Below are positions 1 to 10,580 of a stretch of 64,000 bases of DNA, piece after piece (the first letter of the stretch is position 1; every line of letters begins with the position of its first letter). This stretch comes from Desulfosoma sp. (GTDB lineage Bacteria > Desulfobacterota > Syntrophobacteria > Syntrophobacterales > DSM-9756). The notes below the pieces were generated by a model. The model was not told where the DNA came from. It did no database searches and saw only the letters and a program-made list of their open reading frames with translations. The DNA is taken from contig JBBFKY010000001.1 in assembly GCA_037481875.1 (NCBI GenBank), positions 285,782-349,781 of the forward strand, given 5' to 3'. Made by a program: the position numbers and the translations under genes.

Positions 1-383
1 TGGTGGGAAAAGTGAGTCAGTTGGATGTGCTTCGAGCTTTGGAGCCAAAATTCAAGAAGTTCGGGGATGTGGGGCTTTTGGGGCGCTTCGGACTGGGGCC
101 TGATGTGGTCAGGATCATCACCAAGGAACTTTCTTTGCTGGAAAACCCATTGGATGATCTGTGCAAGAAAGCGGCACGCATTCGCGTCAAAGACATGATG
201 CACAGTCCTACCCAGGGGGAGATTGTGGAAGAGACGGCCAGCTTAAACGAGGCGATACGCCAATTGGTTCTTGGGCCGCATCAGTCTCTTTTGGTGAAGC
301 GCGGGGAGGCAATCGTGGGCATCTTGCGCTTAACTGACGTCTATGTGGAAATCAGTCAACGGATCAAGGCCTGTGAACTTTAA
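1..383 (+). CDS. CBS-domain protein (5' truncated by window edge)
   Basis: ORF 3..383 is open at the edge; C-terminal CBS-like segment (VKDMM..P...V...ASL.EAI...LLV..GE.IVGILRLTDV); sits directly upstream of a DASS permease. Confidence 0.7.
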   Translation, partial: VGKVSQLDVLRALEPKFKKFGDVGLLGRFGLGPDVVRIITKELSLLENPLDDLCKKAARIRVKDMMHSPTQGEIVEETASLNEAIRQLVLGPHQSLLVKRGEAIVGILRLTDVYVEISQRIKACEL

Positions 384-406
384 GCGCTTGAGGAACATAG
401 TGGAGG

Positions 407-1885
407 ATGAGCATGCATGATGTGGCCGTTGCCTTGGAAAATCGTATAAACTGGAAGCGACTTTGTCTTATGCTGCTAGGTCCTTTCTTGTTTTTTATCG
501 TTTACTTCTCTCCCCCATGGGCCGACGCCGTCGATCCCATGGGAGTGCATTTTCCTCTGTCCCGGGAAGCCAAGGGGGCGTTGGCCGTATTCCTGTGGGC
601 AGGCACTTGGTGGGTCTTTGAGGTTGTCCCCATTGGCGTTACCAGCTTGCTTATCGGTGTTCTTCAAACTCTTTTCATGGTGCGGCCGGCCAAAAGCGCC
701 TTTAAAGATTTTATGGACCCTTCCGTGCTCTTTATCTTCGGTTCGGTGGTGATCGGTTTGGTGTTCACAAAGACCGGCCTTGCCAGGCGGCTTGCCTATA
801 AGATGCTCGTCATTGTAGGAGAAAAAACCAACAACATTCTTCTGGGCTCTTATGTCTTGACGGCGGCGCTGACCCACATCATGGCCCATACAGCTGTGGC
901 TGCCACAATGTTTCCACTTCTGATGTCCATTCATTCCTTATACGGAGAAGACAACGGCCGGACGAAGTTTGGCAAGGCCTTGTTCATGGGCATGGCCTAT
1001 GTGGCGGGGGCTGGAAGCGTTATTACGTTGCTGGGTGCGGCCAGAGGTGCTGTGGCCATCGGTTTTTTCAATGAGATCACACAGAAAAATGTGGGATTTT
1101 TTGAGCTCACCTACTACATGTTCCCCATTGGTTGGTTGATGGTCTTTCTGCTTTGGGGATTTTTCATTGTGCTGTGCCCTCCGGAGAAAAAGGTGATTCC
1201 AGGGCTCAGGGAAAAAGCCAAGGTTTTAGCCTCCCAACAAGGTCCCATGACCAAAAATGAAATTTTAGCCTTGATCATTGTGGCCTCCGTGATTCTTTTG
1301 ATGAGCCTGCAGTCCTTCATTCCTGCATTGAAAGACTTGAACAAGACGGCCATCATTCTTTGTTCCACTATTTTGTTTTTCGTTACCGGCATCTTGGACA
1401 TCAAGGATCTTGAAGAGATCTCGTGGAACGTGATTCTTCTCTTTGCCGGGGCCATGAGCATCGGTTTTTGCCTCTGGGAAACCGGTGCGGCCAAGTGGCT
1501 TGCTGTCAATTGGCTCACCCTGTTTCAAAAGGCAAATTGGTTTGTCTTCGTCATCAGTATGGCTTTCTTTGTGTTGGTGATGACCAATTTCATCATGAAC
1601 GTGGCCGCCATCGCCATCTCGCTTCCTGTGGCTCTGGTGATCGCTCCGTATCTTGGCGTGGCAGGCGAAGTGGTCTTCTTTTCCTCCTTGGTCACAGCCG
1701 GCATGCCATTCCTTCTTTTAGTGGGTGCGGCCCCTAATGCCATCGCCTATGAGTCCAAGCAGTTCACCGCTGGTGAGTTCTTTGGTTATGGGATCCCGGC
1801 AAGTATCCTGCTCATGGTGGTGTTAGGTCTTTTTGTAGCATTTATTTGGCCCGTCATGGGCATGCCCGTGACTCTTAAGGGCTGA
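407..1885 (+). CDS. DASS/SLC13 family anion (di/tricarboxylate or sulfate):Na+ permease
   Basis: 492 aa, highly hydrophobic; motifs WWVFEVVPIGVTS, GSVITLLGAARGA, ISWNVILLFAGA and LVGAAPNAIAY; GGAGG RBS at 400-404. Confidence 0.85.
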   Translation: MSMHDVAVALENRINWKRLCLMLLGPFLFFIVYFSPPWADAVDPMGVHFPLSREAKGALAVFLWAGTWWVFEVVPIGVTSLLIGVLQTLFMVRPAKSAFKDFMDPSVLFIFGSVVIGLVFTKTGLARRLAYKMLVIVGEKTNNILLGSYVLTAALTHIMAHTAVAATMFPLLMSIHSLYGEDNGRTKFGKALFMGMAYVAGAGSVITLLGAARGAVAIGFFNEITQKNVGFFELTYYMFPIGWLMVFLLWGFFIVLCPPEKKVIPGLREKAKVLASQQGPMTKNEILALIIVASVILLMSLQSFIPALKDLNKTAIILCSTILFFVTGILDIKDLEEISWNVILLFAGAMSIGFCLWETGAAKWLAVNWLTLFQKANWFVFVISMAFFVLVMTNFIMNVAAIAISLPVALVIAPYLGVAGEVVFFSSLVTAGMPFLLLVGAAPNAIAYESKQFTAGEFFGYGIPASILLMVVLGLFVAFIWPVMGMPVTLKG

Positions 1886-1901
1886 TTGCGCAAAAAGGCA
1901 G

Positions 1902-1932
1902 ACCCAAGGCTAAGACCTTGGGTTTTTTCTTT
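1902..1932 (+). terminator. Intrinsic terminator after the SLC13 gene
   Basis: 8-bp stem ACCCAAGG/CCTTGGGT with a 6-nt loop, followed by a T-rich tract. Confidence 0.75.
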
Positions 1933-1960
1933 TCCTGACTTGCAAGGGAGTAAATGATCT

Positions 1961-3382
1961 ATGAGGCAACTGGAAAAACTCATTGACCGTATCATTGACC
2001 GTGTGAATATCAACCTCAGGGAACCTGCCTTTGATGTGGGGCCTTATGTACGCCATCTCATTCCTCTGGAGCAATTCACCAAGTTTTATGCCTTCTATGG
2101 GCTGACGCCCCATCATCCGTTGCACTTCGTGTTTAAACATTCCAGCCTGGCTGGAAGCTATTTTCTTGGGCGCTGCAACGTGGACCATTCTGTGTTGTAT
2201 AAGAGCGATCTTCGCGGTGACGAGCTGAAGCGTGAAGGAGATGTTTTTTATTATCGAGGCATCCAAATTCCTCTGCACGACGATGAAGTTATCACCGTCA
2301 AAGACAGTTTTCTCATCAAGACCTTGGTGCACAATCATTCCCACGATCCGGAAAACCCTGAGGAGTTTGGCATTCGAAACAGCGTGGCCATGCACTACGC
2401 CAACATTCACGGAGCACCTACGGAAGGGTGTTTTCTAGGACCGTTTGCCACCGTGGATCTCACAACGGTCCACGATTCCGTCTTGGGTGCGTTTTCTTAC
2501 GTGCAGACGGGAGAATTGTCCCACACAAAGGTGGAGGCAGGCACCGTGTGGATTCGCTCAGACGGAGCCTTTGAATTTCTCTATCGGTTTCCGAAAAGCG
2601 TGCTGGAGCGTTACATTTGGGTGGAGCCAGGGGCTGTACCGACAGGGGAACTCATGGATTTTGTGGAAGGGCGTAAAGAGGAATTTCAATGCGTTTTTGA
2701 TTCGGTCACCTGCAGCCTCGGTGTGGAAGTTCCCACGGGAGCGTCTGTAAGTCGGTACGCGGTGGTAAAAGGGGCAAGCACTATTGGGGAAAATGTGTTG
2801 GTGGCCCAAAGAGCCTACCTGATGAACGCCTGGATGGGGCCGGGCTCCAATGCCCAGGAAAACTGCTACATCGTCGATGCGCATCTGGAAGGGTTCAACG
2901 TGACGGCCCACGGCGGAAAAATCATAGGAGCGCGTTTGGGGCGCAAGGTCTTTGTGGGCTTTAATGCTTTTGTTCGTTCTTCTCAGAGGGCTCCTTTGGT
3001 CATTGGGGAGGAGTCCATCGTGATGCCCCATACGATCATTGACGTGGAAGAGGAGGTGGTGATCCCGCCGCGCCATGTGGTGTGGGGACATGTTCGTACG
3101 GCTCGGGATCTTGAAGAGAACAGTGTTTCCGTGGATGAGTTGGTGACGCTGGAAGGGGAGCTGAGGCGAGAGGGTATGACCTTTCGGGGCAACGGATCGG
3201 CTTTTGTTCGAGCCTTTCAGCATCGTATCGAGCACATTCTGGAAGAAAACGGTGCCTACTTTGATGGTAGCCGACACATGGGGCATGCGCAAAAAGGCCA
3301 GAACATCGTGTTCAACATTATTCAGCCTTACCCGGAAGGTGATATGAAAGGGATGTATCCGAGCATTGACATTAGGCCTTAG
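1961..3382 (+). CDS. Hexapeptide-repeat (left-handed beta-helix) transferase / gamma-carbonic-anhydrase-like protein
   Basis: 473 aa with two blocks of hexapeptide-like repeats (e.g. GASTIGENVLVAQRAYL, ARLGRKVFVGFNAFV, PLVIGEESIVMPHTII). Confidence 0.7.
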   Translation: MRQLEKLIDRIIDRVNINLREPAFDVGPYVRHLIPLEQFTKFYAFYGLTPHHPLHFVFKHSSLAGSYFLGRCNVDHSVLYKSDLRGDELKREGDVFYYRGIQIPLHDDEVITVKDSFLIKTLVHNHSHDPENPEEFGIRNSVAMHYANIHGAPTEGCFLGPFATVDLTTVHDSVLGAFSYVQTGELSHTKVEAGTVWIRSDGAFEFLYRFPKSVLERYIWVEPGAVPTGELMDFVEGRKEEFQCVFDSVTCSLGVEVPTGASVSRYAVVKGASTIGENVLVAQRAYLMNAWMGPGSNAQENCYIVDAHLEGFNVTAHGGKIIGARLGRKVFVGFNAFVRSSQRAPLVIGEESIVMPHTIIDVEEEVVIPPRHVVWGHVRTARDLEENSVSVDELVTLEGELRREGMTFRGNGSAFVRAFQHRIEHILEENGAYFDGSRHMGHAQKGQNIVFNIIQPYPEGDMKGMYPSIDIRP

Positions 3383-3726
3383 AAGGCTGTCCAAGAACGG
3401 ATTTGTCTCTGCAAGCGCTGGCGTCCCGCCCGCATCATGAGCGTGGCGGGAATCAATTTTCCAGGAAAAGCCATGGCCTTTTTTCAGTGGCACGCAAGCT
3501 TGGAGGCTTCTGCCGGTACCCCGTTTGTAGGGGCGGACCTGTGTGTCCGCCCCATAGGATTGTCGTGCCTGAACAGCTAGGGGCGGACACATGGGTTCGC
3601 TCCTACGAAGGTGACCGAGAATTTATCCCTGGGAGCTGGGGCATCCCGTAAAAGCAGGTAAAGGCCCGAGCTCCCAGAAAAACAAAGGTCTTGCGGCGTA
3701 GGGGCGGGGCGCCGCCTCGCTCCGAC
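3380..3726. repeat. Intergenic cluster of GTAG-type REP-like palindromes
   Basis: GTAGGGGCGGAC..GTCCGCCCC (3527-3553), CTAGGGGCGGAC..CCTAC (3577-3606), GTAGGGGCGGGGCGCCGCCTCGC (3698-3726); related units recur across the window. Confidence 0.75.
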
Positions 3727-3788
3727 AAAATGGGATGAGATGGATCGGTCTTTGTCGTTCTCGAAAAGACCCTTAGGATTCAGAGTCC

Positions 3789-3837
3789 AAAAAAGAGGGA
3801 GGCTGTGAGCCTTTGGGATTGCAAGCCCTCTTTTTTT
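3789..3837. terminator. Bidirectional terminator-like branched hairpin
   Basis: AAAAAAGAGGG (3789-3799) pairs with CCCTCTTTTTT (3826-3836) and encloses two small hairpins; poly-T on both strands. Confidence 0.55.
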
Positions 3838-3896
3838 GATGTGCAGCCCGGTGTCGGCGAAGGCATTTTAGGCTTTTATAGAAAGGCCCGGAGGAC

Positions 3897-5396
3897 ATGC
3901 CTAGGCTTCCCTCTTTGACCCTGAGATCTCGAATCTTTATCCTTCTTGTCGCCTTGATGGGTGTCAACTGCGCTGGAGCGCTGATGACCATCTGGACAAC
4001 GTCCCAGACTTTGGAGATGTCCGAATCCGTGGTAAAAAGAGATCTTCAGGCGCTTCTTGCGGCGGAAAAATTGAACAGCGCCTTGGTAATGCAGAAAGGT
4101 TACGTCACCTATTATTATCTGACGGGTGACAAACAATGGTTGACGCGGCTGAGGGAACATCAGAGGGCGTTTCATCACTGGTTGGAAGTGGCCCAAGAGC
4201 GCACACGGATGGATGAAGGCCGGCGCATTCTGGATGAGATCGGCAAGGCTTATGAGCGCTTTGAAACGGCCAGGGATCAGGTCATTCAACTCTACAAGGA
4301 TGGACGCAAGGAGGAGGGAGCCCGACAGCACTGGACGGTGCGGGATCAGTTTCACGGCATCTATGAGCTCACCGAGAAGTTCAAAAGCCTGCAGGAGGCT
4401 CAAATCGACCGTCACCAGCAGTTGTCTGAACGTAAAGCTCGAAGCCTGACCACGCTGGCTTGGGTGGCTTTGCCTTTGGTCCTGCTCATGGGCATCGGAT
4501 TGGCTGTGGTTCTATGGGGCCAGATTCTGGAACCCATTCGGCGTTTGGCTTTTGTTCAGGAAAAGGAAGGTCTTTCGGTTCCGGAGGAAGAGGCTCGAGA
4601 CGAAGTGAAAGCCCTGAGTCGGCGCATGCACAGTTTGCTGGAGGATGTGGACCGGGCCCATGAGGAATTGGAGGAAAGTCGGGAACATTTGATACAGTCA
4701 GAAAAACTGGCCATGGTAGGAAAGCTTGCCGCCAGTGTGGCCCACAGTATTCGCAATCCTCTCACCTCCGTGAAAATGCGCCTTTTCTCCCTGGAAAGGA
4801 GCCTCAATTTGACTCCAATGCAACGCGAAGACTTTGAAGTGATTTCGGAAGAAATCGGCCATATCGACACCATTGTGGCCAATTTTTTGGAATTCAGCCG
4901 CCCGCCGAAACTCAGGATGCAGCCCATGAGCCTTTCCGACGTAGTGGATACGACTCTACAACTTCTCAAACATCGATTGGAATCTTACGGCGTGCGCATC
5001 GAGGTGGATCGAAAAGGAAGGCTTCCTTTGGCCATGCTGGATCCTGACCAGATGAAGGAGGTTTTGGTGAACCTGATCTTGAATGCCTGCGAAGCCATGG
5101 GAGAAGGTGGGCAGATACGCATTGTCGAAGAGTCCGGCATGATAGGGGATCAGGGGTTTGTGGTTCTTGTGCGCATAAAAGACAATGGACCCGGTATACC
5201 GGAGGAAATCAAGGACAAGATCTTTGAGCCTTTCTTCAGCACCAAGGAAGAGGGATCCGGATTGGGGCTGGCCATTGCCAGAAGGATCCTTCAGGATCAC
5301 AAGGGATGGATTCATGTCCATTCCAAGGTAGGGCAGGGGACCACTTTCGTGGTCGGGCTGCCCTGCGAGGAGCGGGGGCTGTGGCTGAGATCCTGA
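3897..5396 (+). CDS. Membrane sensor histidine kinase (four-helix-bundle periplasmic sensor, HisKA, HATPase)
   Basis: Two TM segments; H-box VAHSIRNPL, N-box VLVNLILNACEAM, G-boxes DNGPGI and GSGLGL. Confidence 0.9.
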   Translation: MPRLPSLTLRSRIFILLVALMGVNCAGALMTIWTTSQTLEMSESVVKRDLQALLAAEKLNSALVMQKGYVTYYYLTGDKQWLTRLREHQRAFHHWLEVAQERTRMDEGRRILDEIGKAYERFETARDQVIQLYKDGRKEEGARQHWTVRDQFHGIYELTEKFKSLQEAQIDRHQQLSERKARSLTTLAWVALPLVLLMGIGLAVVLWGQILEPIRRLAFVQEKEGLSVPEEEARDEVKALSRRMHSLLEDVDRAHEELEESREHLIQSEKLAMVGKLAASVAHSIRNPLTSVKMRLFSLERSLNLTPMQREDFEVISEEIGHIDTIVANFLEFSRPPKLRMQPMSLSDVVDTTLQLLKHRLESYGVRIEVDRKGRLPLAMLDPDQMKEVLVNLILNACEAMGEGGQIRIVEESGMIGDQGFVVLVRIKDNGPGIPEEIKDKIFEPFFSTKEEGSGLGLAIARRILQDHKGWIHVHSKVGQGTTFVVGLPCEERGLWLRS

Positions 5397-6823
5397 TTGT
5401 GGATGATGACCCGCAGCTGCGGCAAAGTTTTGGAAAGATTTTACGAGCCGAAGGCCATGAGGTGCGCATGGCCGGATCAGGGGAAGCAGGTCTGGCCGCC
5501 GTCAAGGAACGTGTGCCGGATCTGGTGGTCTTAGATGTGCGTCTGCCCGGCATGTCGGGTCTGGAAACCTTTAAGGCCATGAAAGCGGTGGACCCCAAAT
5601 TGCCCGTAATCGTCATGACCGCTTACGGCACCACGGAAACGGCTATCGAAGCCACCAAAATGGGCGCTTTTGATTACGTCCTGAAGCCCTTTGACATTCC
5701 CGCCTTGCTGGACTTGGTTTCGCAAGCCATCAAAGCAGGTCGGTTCATGCGCAGCAAGGTGGCTTTGGACGCTCAGCCTGAATCGCCGCAAGAAGACGCT
5801 CTCATCGGCCGAAGCCGAGCCATGCAGGAAGTCTACAAAGCCATCGGGCGTGTGGCAGGAACCGATGCCACCGTGCTCATCCGTGGAGAATCGGGGACGG
5901 GCAAGGAGTTGGTGGCTCGAGCCATCTACCAGCACAGCCATCGATCCCATGGGCCTTTTTTGGTCATCAACTGTGTGGCCATTCCTGAAACGCTTCTTGA
6001 AAGCGAACTTTTCGGATACGAAAAAGGGGCCTTTACCGGCGCGGTCACTCGCCGAATGGGCAAGGTGGAACAAGCTCATCGAGGCACCTTGTTTTTGGAC
6101 GAAATCGGCGACATGCCGATAAGCATTCAGGCTAAGCTTTTGAGGCTGCTTCAGGAACGCAGCATTGAAAGGTTAGGGGGCAAACGTCCCATCGCCGTGG
6201 ATGTCCGCATTATCGCGGCCACCAACCGAAACCTGGAAGATGCGGTGGCTGAAGGGCGCTTTCGTGACGATCTTTTTTACCGACTCAATGTGGTGACCTT
6301 GACCCTGCCTCCTTTGCGTGACCGAAGGGAGGATATTCCTCTTCTGACAGAGTATTTCCTCAGCCGTTGCGCCGCCGAGATGGGGGTTCCTAATCCCGGG
6401 ATCACCCAAGACGCCCTGGAATGTTTGATGGCCATGGACTGGCCGGGCAATGTTCGTCAGTTGGCCAACGTCATTCGCAAGGCTCTTATTTTCAATCGAG
6501 GTTTTCCTCTGGAACGTGCCGATGTTCAGCGTGTGGTGGGTGGGGAATCCAACGGGGAGGAGTCGGAAAAAAAGGCCAAAGATTTCGATGAAACGGCTTC
6601 CGTGCTGGATCAATGGATTCTTCAACACTTGGGAAAGGATGTTTCCGAAAGGCTTTTCGATTCTCTTGTCGATGATTTCAGCGCCCGAGTCATTCGGGTA
6701 GCTTTGGAAGTGACCAAAGGAAACCGAACCCATGCTGCCAAACTTTTGGGCATTTCTCGGCCGACCCTCTTGGCGCGCATGGAAAAATACGGCATTCGGG
6801 TCGAAGCCACCGTGGCGTCCTAA
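5381..6823 (+). CDS. NtrC-family sigma54-dependent response regulator (REC-AAA+-Fis HTH)
   Basis: Receiver ILIVDDD..DVRLPG; Walker A GESGTGKE; GAFTGA; [10 protein letters not shown]; [23 protein letters not shown] start at 5381 with GAGGAG RBS preferred over ORF start 5306. Confidence 0.92.
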   Translation: MAEILIVDDDPQLRQSFGKILRAEGHEVRMAGSGEAGLAAVKERVPDLVVLDVRLPGMSGLETFKAMKAVDPKLPVIVMTAYGTTETAIEATKMGAFDYVLKPFDIPALLDLVSQAIKAGRFMRSKVALDAQPESPQEDALIGRSRAMQEVYKAIGRVAGTDATVLIRGESGTGKELVARAIYQHSHRSHGPFLVINCVAIPETLLESELFGYEKGAFTGAVTRRMGKVEQAHRGTLFLDEIGDMPISIQAKLLRLLQERSIERLGGKRPIAVDVRIIAATNRNLEDAVAEGRFRDDLFYRLNVVTLTLPPLRDRREDIPLLTEYFLSRCAAEMGVPNPGITQDALECLMAMDWPGNVRQLANVIRKALIFNRGFPLERADVQRVVGGESNGEESEKKAKDFDETASVLDQWILQHLGKDVSERLFDSLVDDFSARVIRVALEVTKGNRTHAAKLLGISRPTLLARMEKYGIRVEATVAS

Positions 6824-6879
6824 CGGGTGCCGCCCTCTGAAGCGTCAGGACTTTTAGCTGGTGGGAACGGCGCCTTCAT

Positions 6880-9498
6880 TTAAGAGCCCTTAGAATTCCC
6901 AAGAAACTTCGTCACGGTGCTTGTGGGCAGCACCTTGCGCAGCACCGCTTGCAGATCCTCCATGCAGTAAGGTTTGGCGATGCCGGCCTGAAACCCATAG
7001 GCTTGGGGTTGAGACATGACCGGGTCGTTGGAATACCCGCTGGAGGCGACGGCGCGCACTTGAGGATCCAGGGCACGCAACTTTTCGATAACGTCCCGAC
7101 CGCCCACACCTCCAGGCACTGTCAGATCCAAGATGACGGCGTCGAAAGGTTTTCCTGCTTCCAAAGCCTTTTTGTAGCACAAAATGGCCTGGGCCCCTTC
7201 CTCCGTGGTCTCACTGGTCAATCCCAGTTGTTGCAACATGGCCGAGAGCACATCCCGCACGAGGGGATCATCATCCATGACAAGAACGCGCCCTGTTGCT
7301 CGAAAAGGTTCCTCCTCCATAAAAGCTTGAGCCTGGTCGGTCTCGGTTGAGGAGGCCGGAAGGTAAAAGGTCACGCTGGTTCCCTGGCCGACCCTGGAGC
7401 GTACGGTCATGTGGCCGTCATGTCTTTTGACGATGGAATAAGCTGTCGAAAGCCCTAAGCCGCTGCCTTCCTTTTTGGTGGTGAAATAGGGATCGAAGAT
7501 CTTATCCAAATGCTCTTCGGGAATGCCGATACCCTGATCCTCAACGCACACGGCCACATAGCGGCCGGAAGCCAGAGTGGCATCACCGCCTTCCTCCACA
7601 AAAACGTTGCGGGCCTTGACGGCCACGGTGCCTCCTTGAGGCATGGCCTGATGAGCGTTAATGACCAGATTTTGCATGACTTGGCTGATTTGGGCGGGAT
7701 CGTAGTCCACAAGCCACAAATCTTCGGGAAGATCAAAACAGGACTTGGAGGTGGTGCCCCGAAGGGAAAATTCCGTGCAGTCTCGAATGAGGTCCTGCAA
7801 GGAGCCCGTTTTCTTGATAGGAGCTCCACCCTTTGCAAAAGTGAGCAGCTGACGGGTGAGTTCCTGGGCTCTGAGGCAAGCTTTTTCCACGTGATCCAGA
7901 CGATCACCGACGACAGCTCCGTTCTTTAAGGCGTGTTTGATAAGAGAAATATGCCCCAAAATGCCAGTAAGAATATTGTTGAAATCATGGGCGATTCCTC
8001 CCGCAAGAAGCCCTAGTGATTCCAACTTTTGCGCTCGAAGCCGCTCCTGCTCCGCAAGTTTTCGATCACTTATATCTTGAACAAAAGTCCAGATGGAATC
8101 CGGGGTGCCGTCGGGACCATGATGAAGATACATGCGGACTTCCACGTCCAAGAGGGTACCGTCCTTTCGAATCAGCTGCTTTTCAAATTTGTCCGAAAAC
8201 CCTCGATCAAAGAGTTGTCGACGCATGGCTCGCGTCATAGCATCAAACCGATGAGGTGGGGTCATGTCCCCGCAAGCCACCCCCGCGATTTCACTAGGAT
8301 CGTCGTAACCCAACATGACAGCAAAAGGCCGGTTACATTCTAAAATGACACCTTGAAAATCCGTGCGAACGTACCCGTCTCGGCTTCGCTCATACAGCTC
8401 CCGGTAGCGCCGCTCCGATTCCGCCAGCTGAGCTTGAGCCTCATGACGTCGCTGAAGCTCTTCGTGCAGCCGAGCGTTAGCTTCCTTAAGTTCGGCTGTT
8501 TTTGCGGCCACTTCTTCTTCCAAGCGCCGGGCAGCCTGATCCAGGATTTGCTCGGAATGCTGTTTCTGAAGCATGGCCCCTACCAGATGTGCCGCCGTCT
8601 TCAGGGCGTCGATTTCCACGGTGGTCCAATGCCTGCGTGTGACACAATCGTCAAAGCCGATGAAACCCCAGAGGGTTCCGTCCAAAAAGATGGGTGCCGC
8701 CACCAGGGAAAGAATGTCTTGAGCTTCAAGAACAGGGCGTTCGGAAGCAGGAAAATCCTCGACAAGGCCGTAAATGGGTTCTCCTTTTAGGAACACCTCA
8801 AGCCACCGTCCAAAATCTGCTTCAACCATAGGAAAATTTTCCAGGTCGGGATTTCCTTTTTGCGAAGAAATTCCTTCAGCCGTCCATTCATAACGCTGGC
8901 TGGTCAGCAAAGTGCCGTTCGAGGCGCGGTGATTTTCAAAGATATAAACCCGGCTCACTTGAGCGGCTTCTCCCAGTCGACCCAGAACTTTTTCCAGGGG
9001 AACCTCGGTTCGTGAATGGAGAAGAAAGTATTCGGCGGCATAGGCGACAGCCTGAAGGATTGTATCCCGTGCGGATAGCGCCTGTTCCAGAGCCTTTCTT
9101 TCGGTAATATCTTGAAGCATGCCGTGAAGCTCTCGCGTGCCGTTCTTGGCATGCACGACGCTCGCCTGGTCCAAGACCCAGCGAACCTGACCGTCCGAAG
9201 TGACGAGACGGTATTCACAGCACAGGGGCTCGGCTTTTTCCAAAGCTCGACGCCGTTCGGCTAAGACCTTTTCCCTGTCTTCCGGATGCACACATGCATG
9301 CCAAAAATCATCCTCATTGGACCCGCGAGAAGCGGTGAAGATCCGTTCCAGCTGCGGACTGATGTAAAGACAACGGCCGTTTTCACTTTGGGTCTCACAA
9401 TAGACCACCGCCGGAAGATGCTCCACAAGATTACGATAAGAAGGATCGGCCTCGACCCTTTTCCATTGGTCTTTAAGCTCCACCCCAGGCCTTTGCAT
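6880..9498 (-). CDS. Cytoplasmic hybrid histidine kinase (PAS-GAF-PAS-HisKA-HATPase-REC)
   Basis: PAS (VHPEDREKV), GAF (LSLVAAPIFLDGTLWGFIGFDD), H-box GIAHDFNNIL, GSGLGL, C-terminal receiver VLVMDDD..LDLTVPG. Confidence 0.9.
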   Translation of the reverse strand: MQRPGVELKDQWKRVEADPSYRNLVEHLPAVVYCETQSENGRCLYISPQLERIFTASRGSNEDDFWHACVHPEDREKVLAERRRALEKAEPLCCEYRLVTSDGQVRWVLDQASVVHAKNGTRELHGMLQDITERKALEQALSARDTILQAVAYAAEYFLLHSRTEVPLEKVLGRLGEAAQVSRVYIFENHRASNGTLLTSQRYEWTAEGISSQKGNPDLENFPMVEADFGRWLEVFLKGEPIYGLVEDFPASERPVLEAQDILSLVAAPIFLDGTLWGFIGFDDCVTRRHWTTVEIDALKTAAHLVGAMLQKQHSEQILDQAARRLEEEVAAKTAELKEANARLHEELQRRHEAQAQLAESERRYRELYERSRDGYVRTDFQGVILECNRPFAVMLGYDDPSEIAGVACGDMTPPHRFDAMTRAMRRQLFDRGFSDKFEKQLIRKDGTLLDVEVRMYLHHGPDGTPDSIWTFVQDISDRKLAEQERLRAQKLESLGLLAGGIAHDFNNILTGILGHISLIKHALKNGAVVGDRLDHVEKACLRAQELTRQLLTFAKGGAPIKKTGSLQDLIRDCTEFSLRGTTSKSCFDLPEDLWLVDYDPAQISQVMQNLVINAHQAMPQGGTVAVKARNVFVEEGGDATLASGRYVAVCVEDQGIGIPEEHLDKIFDPYFTTKKEGSGLGLSTAYSIVKRHDGHMTVRSRVGQGTSVTFYLPASSTETDQAQAFMEEEPFRATGRVLVMDDDPLVRDVLSAMLQQLGLTSETTEEGAQAILCYKKALEAGKPFDAVILDLTVPGGVGGRDVIEKLRALDPQVRAVASSGYSNDPVMSQPQAYGFQAGIAKPYCMEDLQAVLRKVLPTSTVTKFLGNSKGS

Positions 9499-9753
9499 GG
9501 AATATTCCCCCCGTCTTCACGTCGGCCCTGGACGGGCCTGTTCGGAAAAGCGCCTCAGGCTTTACGAGACACCGAAAAAAGGTTTCATCAGATTTGTCGA
9601 AATTCAAGGGGTTGTCAACATCGAGTCGACCCGTGGCTTTGAAAAATCTGGAACTGTCAGCTTCTTTTACAGTCCGTCAAATTCTGTGTGCCTTCAAGCA
9701 CAAGCAAGGCGATGCTTCAAGGCATTCCACAGAGGCAGGCTTGTTTTTAAGAT

Positions 9754-9768
9754 TGGTGCAATTCTTGC
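9754..9768 (+). promoter_or_regulatory. Putative sigma54 -24/-12 promoter for the cNMP-HK-REC operon
   Basis: TGGTGCAATTCTTGC: GG-N10-GC with TTGC at -12. Confidence 0.6.
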
Positions 9769-9919
9769 CTTATTGATAACCAAGCTTTTTCCTTTCGAGT
9801 CCGGCTGCCCTTCATCTTTTGTGGGCTGGGGACCGTAGGGACAAGCTTCTGAAACAGGATTGCTCGAATGGCGAGCGGCGCACGGTGTTTGTGGGTCTTT
9901 TGCACAAGGAGAGTTGTGT

Positions 9920-10402
9920 ATGATGAGCGTCGATGAACTCAAGGCCTGCCGTTTCTTCTTGGTCTTCGGCGATGCCGAGCTGGAAAAGATCGCTCAGGTG
10001 ACCGAAAAGAAAAAGTACACAAAAGGCGATGTGGTTTACCGAAACGGGGATGCCGCCCAAAAATTTTTCATTGTCCAAAAAGGCCTTGTGAGCCTTCGGG
10101 AATTCCAGCCCGGGGATGCCGTCGGCATCGCCTTTGAAACACGGGGTCCCGGAGAACTTTTTGGAGTAGCCTCCCTCATGCCCACCAAAGCCTACACCCT
10201 TACGGCCCTATGTCAGGAGGACACCGAACTCTACGAAGTGAATGTCAAGGGTCTCGAAGAAATCATTCAATGGGCGCCATCCATCGGCTACATTCTCATG
10301 AAGGAAGTGGCTCATATCTATTTTGACAGATATCGACTGTGCAAACGTCAACTGTATCAAATGGTCAAGACACCGACCTTGATTACCGCTCTGCCGGGGT
10401 AG
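9920..10402 (+). CDS. Stand-alone cyclic-nucleotide-binding (Crp-like) domain protein without HTH
   Basis: KGDVVYRNGDAAQKFFIVQKGLV and GPGELFG..SL motifs; start 9920 after AAGGAG. Confidence 0.8.
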   Translation: MMSVDELKACRFFLVFGDAELEKIAQVTEKKKYTKGDVVYRNGDAAQKFFIVQKGLVSLREFQPGDAVGIAFETRGPGELFGVASLMPTKAYTLTALCQEDTELYEVNVKGLEEIIQWAPSIGYILMKEVAHIYFDRYRLCKRQLYQMVKTPTLITALPG

Positions 10403-10580
10403 GCTTTTCAGCGGTTGCGAAAGCTCGTTGTCGAGATCATGGAACGGAAGGCGCAAGCTGCGAAGGCGGCTTGCGCCGAAGGGCGGTCTTCACCTCCCGT
10501 TCAGCCTGGAACATGGTTTGGCGGGAAGGACATTGGCGAAGATACTTTCATCTGCCTGTTCGAGCACTCATGAGACGCCC

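Noticed and set aside
2558-3592. 344-aa antisense ORF
   Set aside because: Shadow ORF opposite a well-supported gene and running into REP repeats
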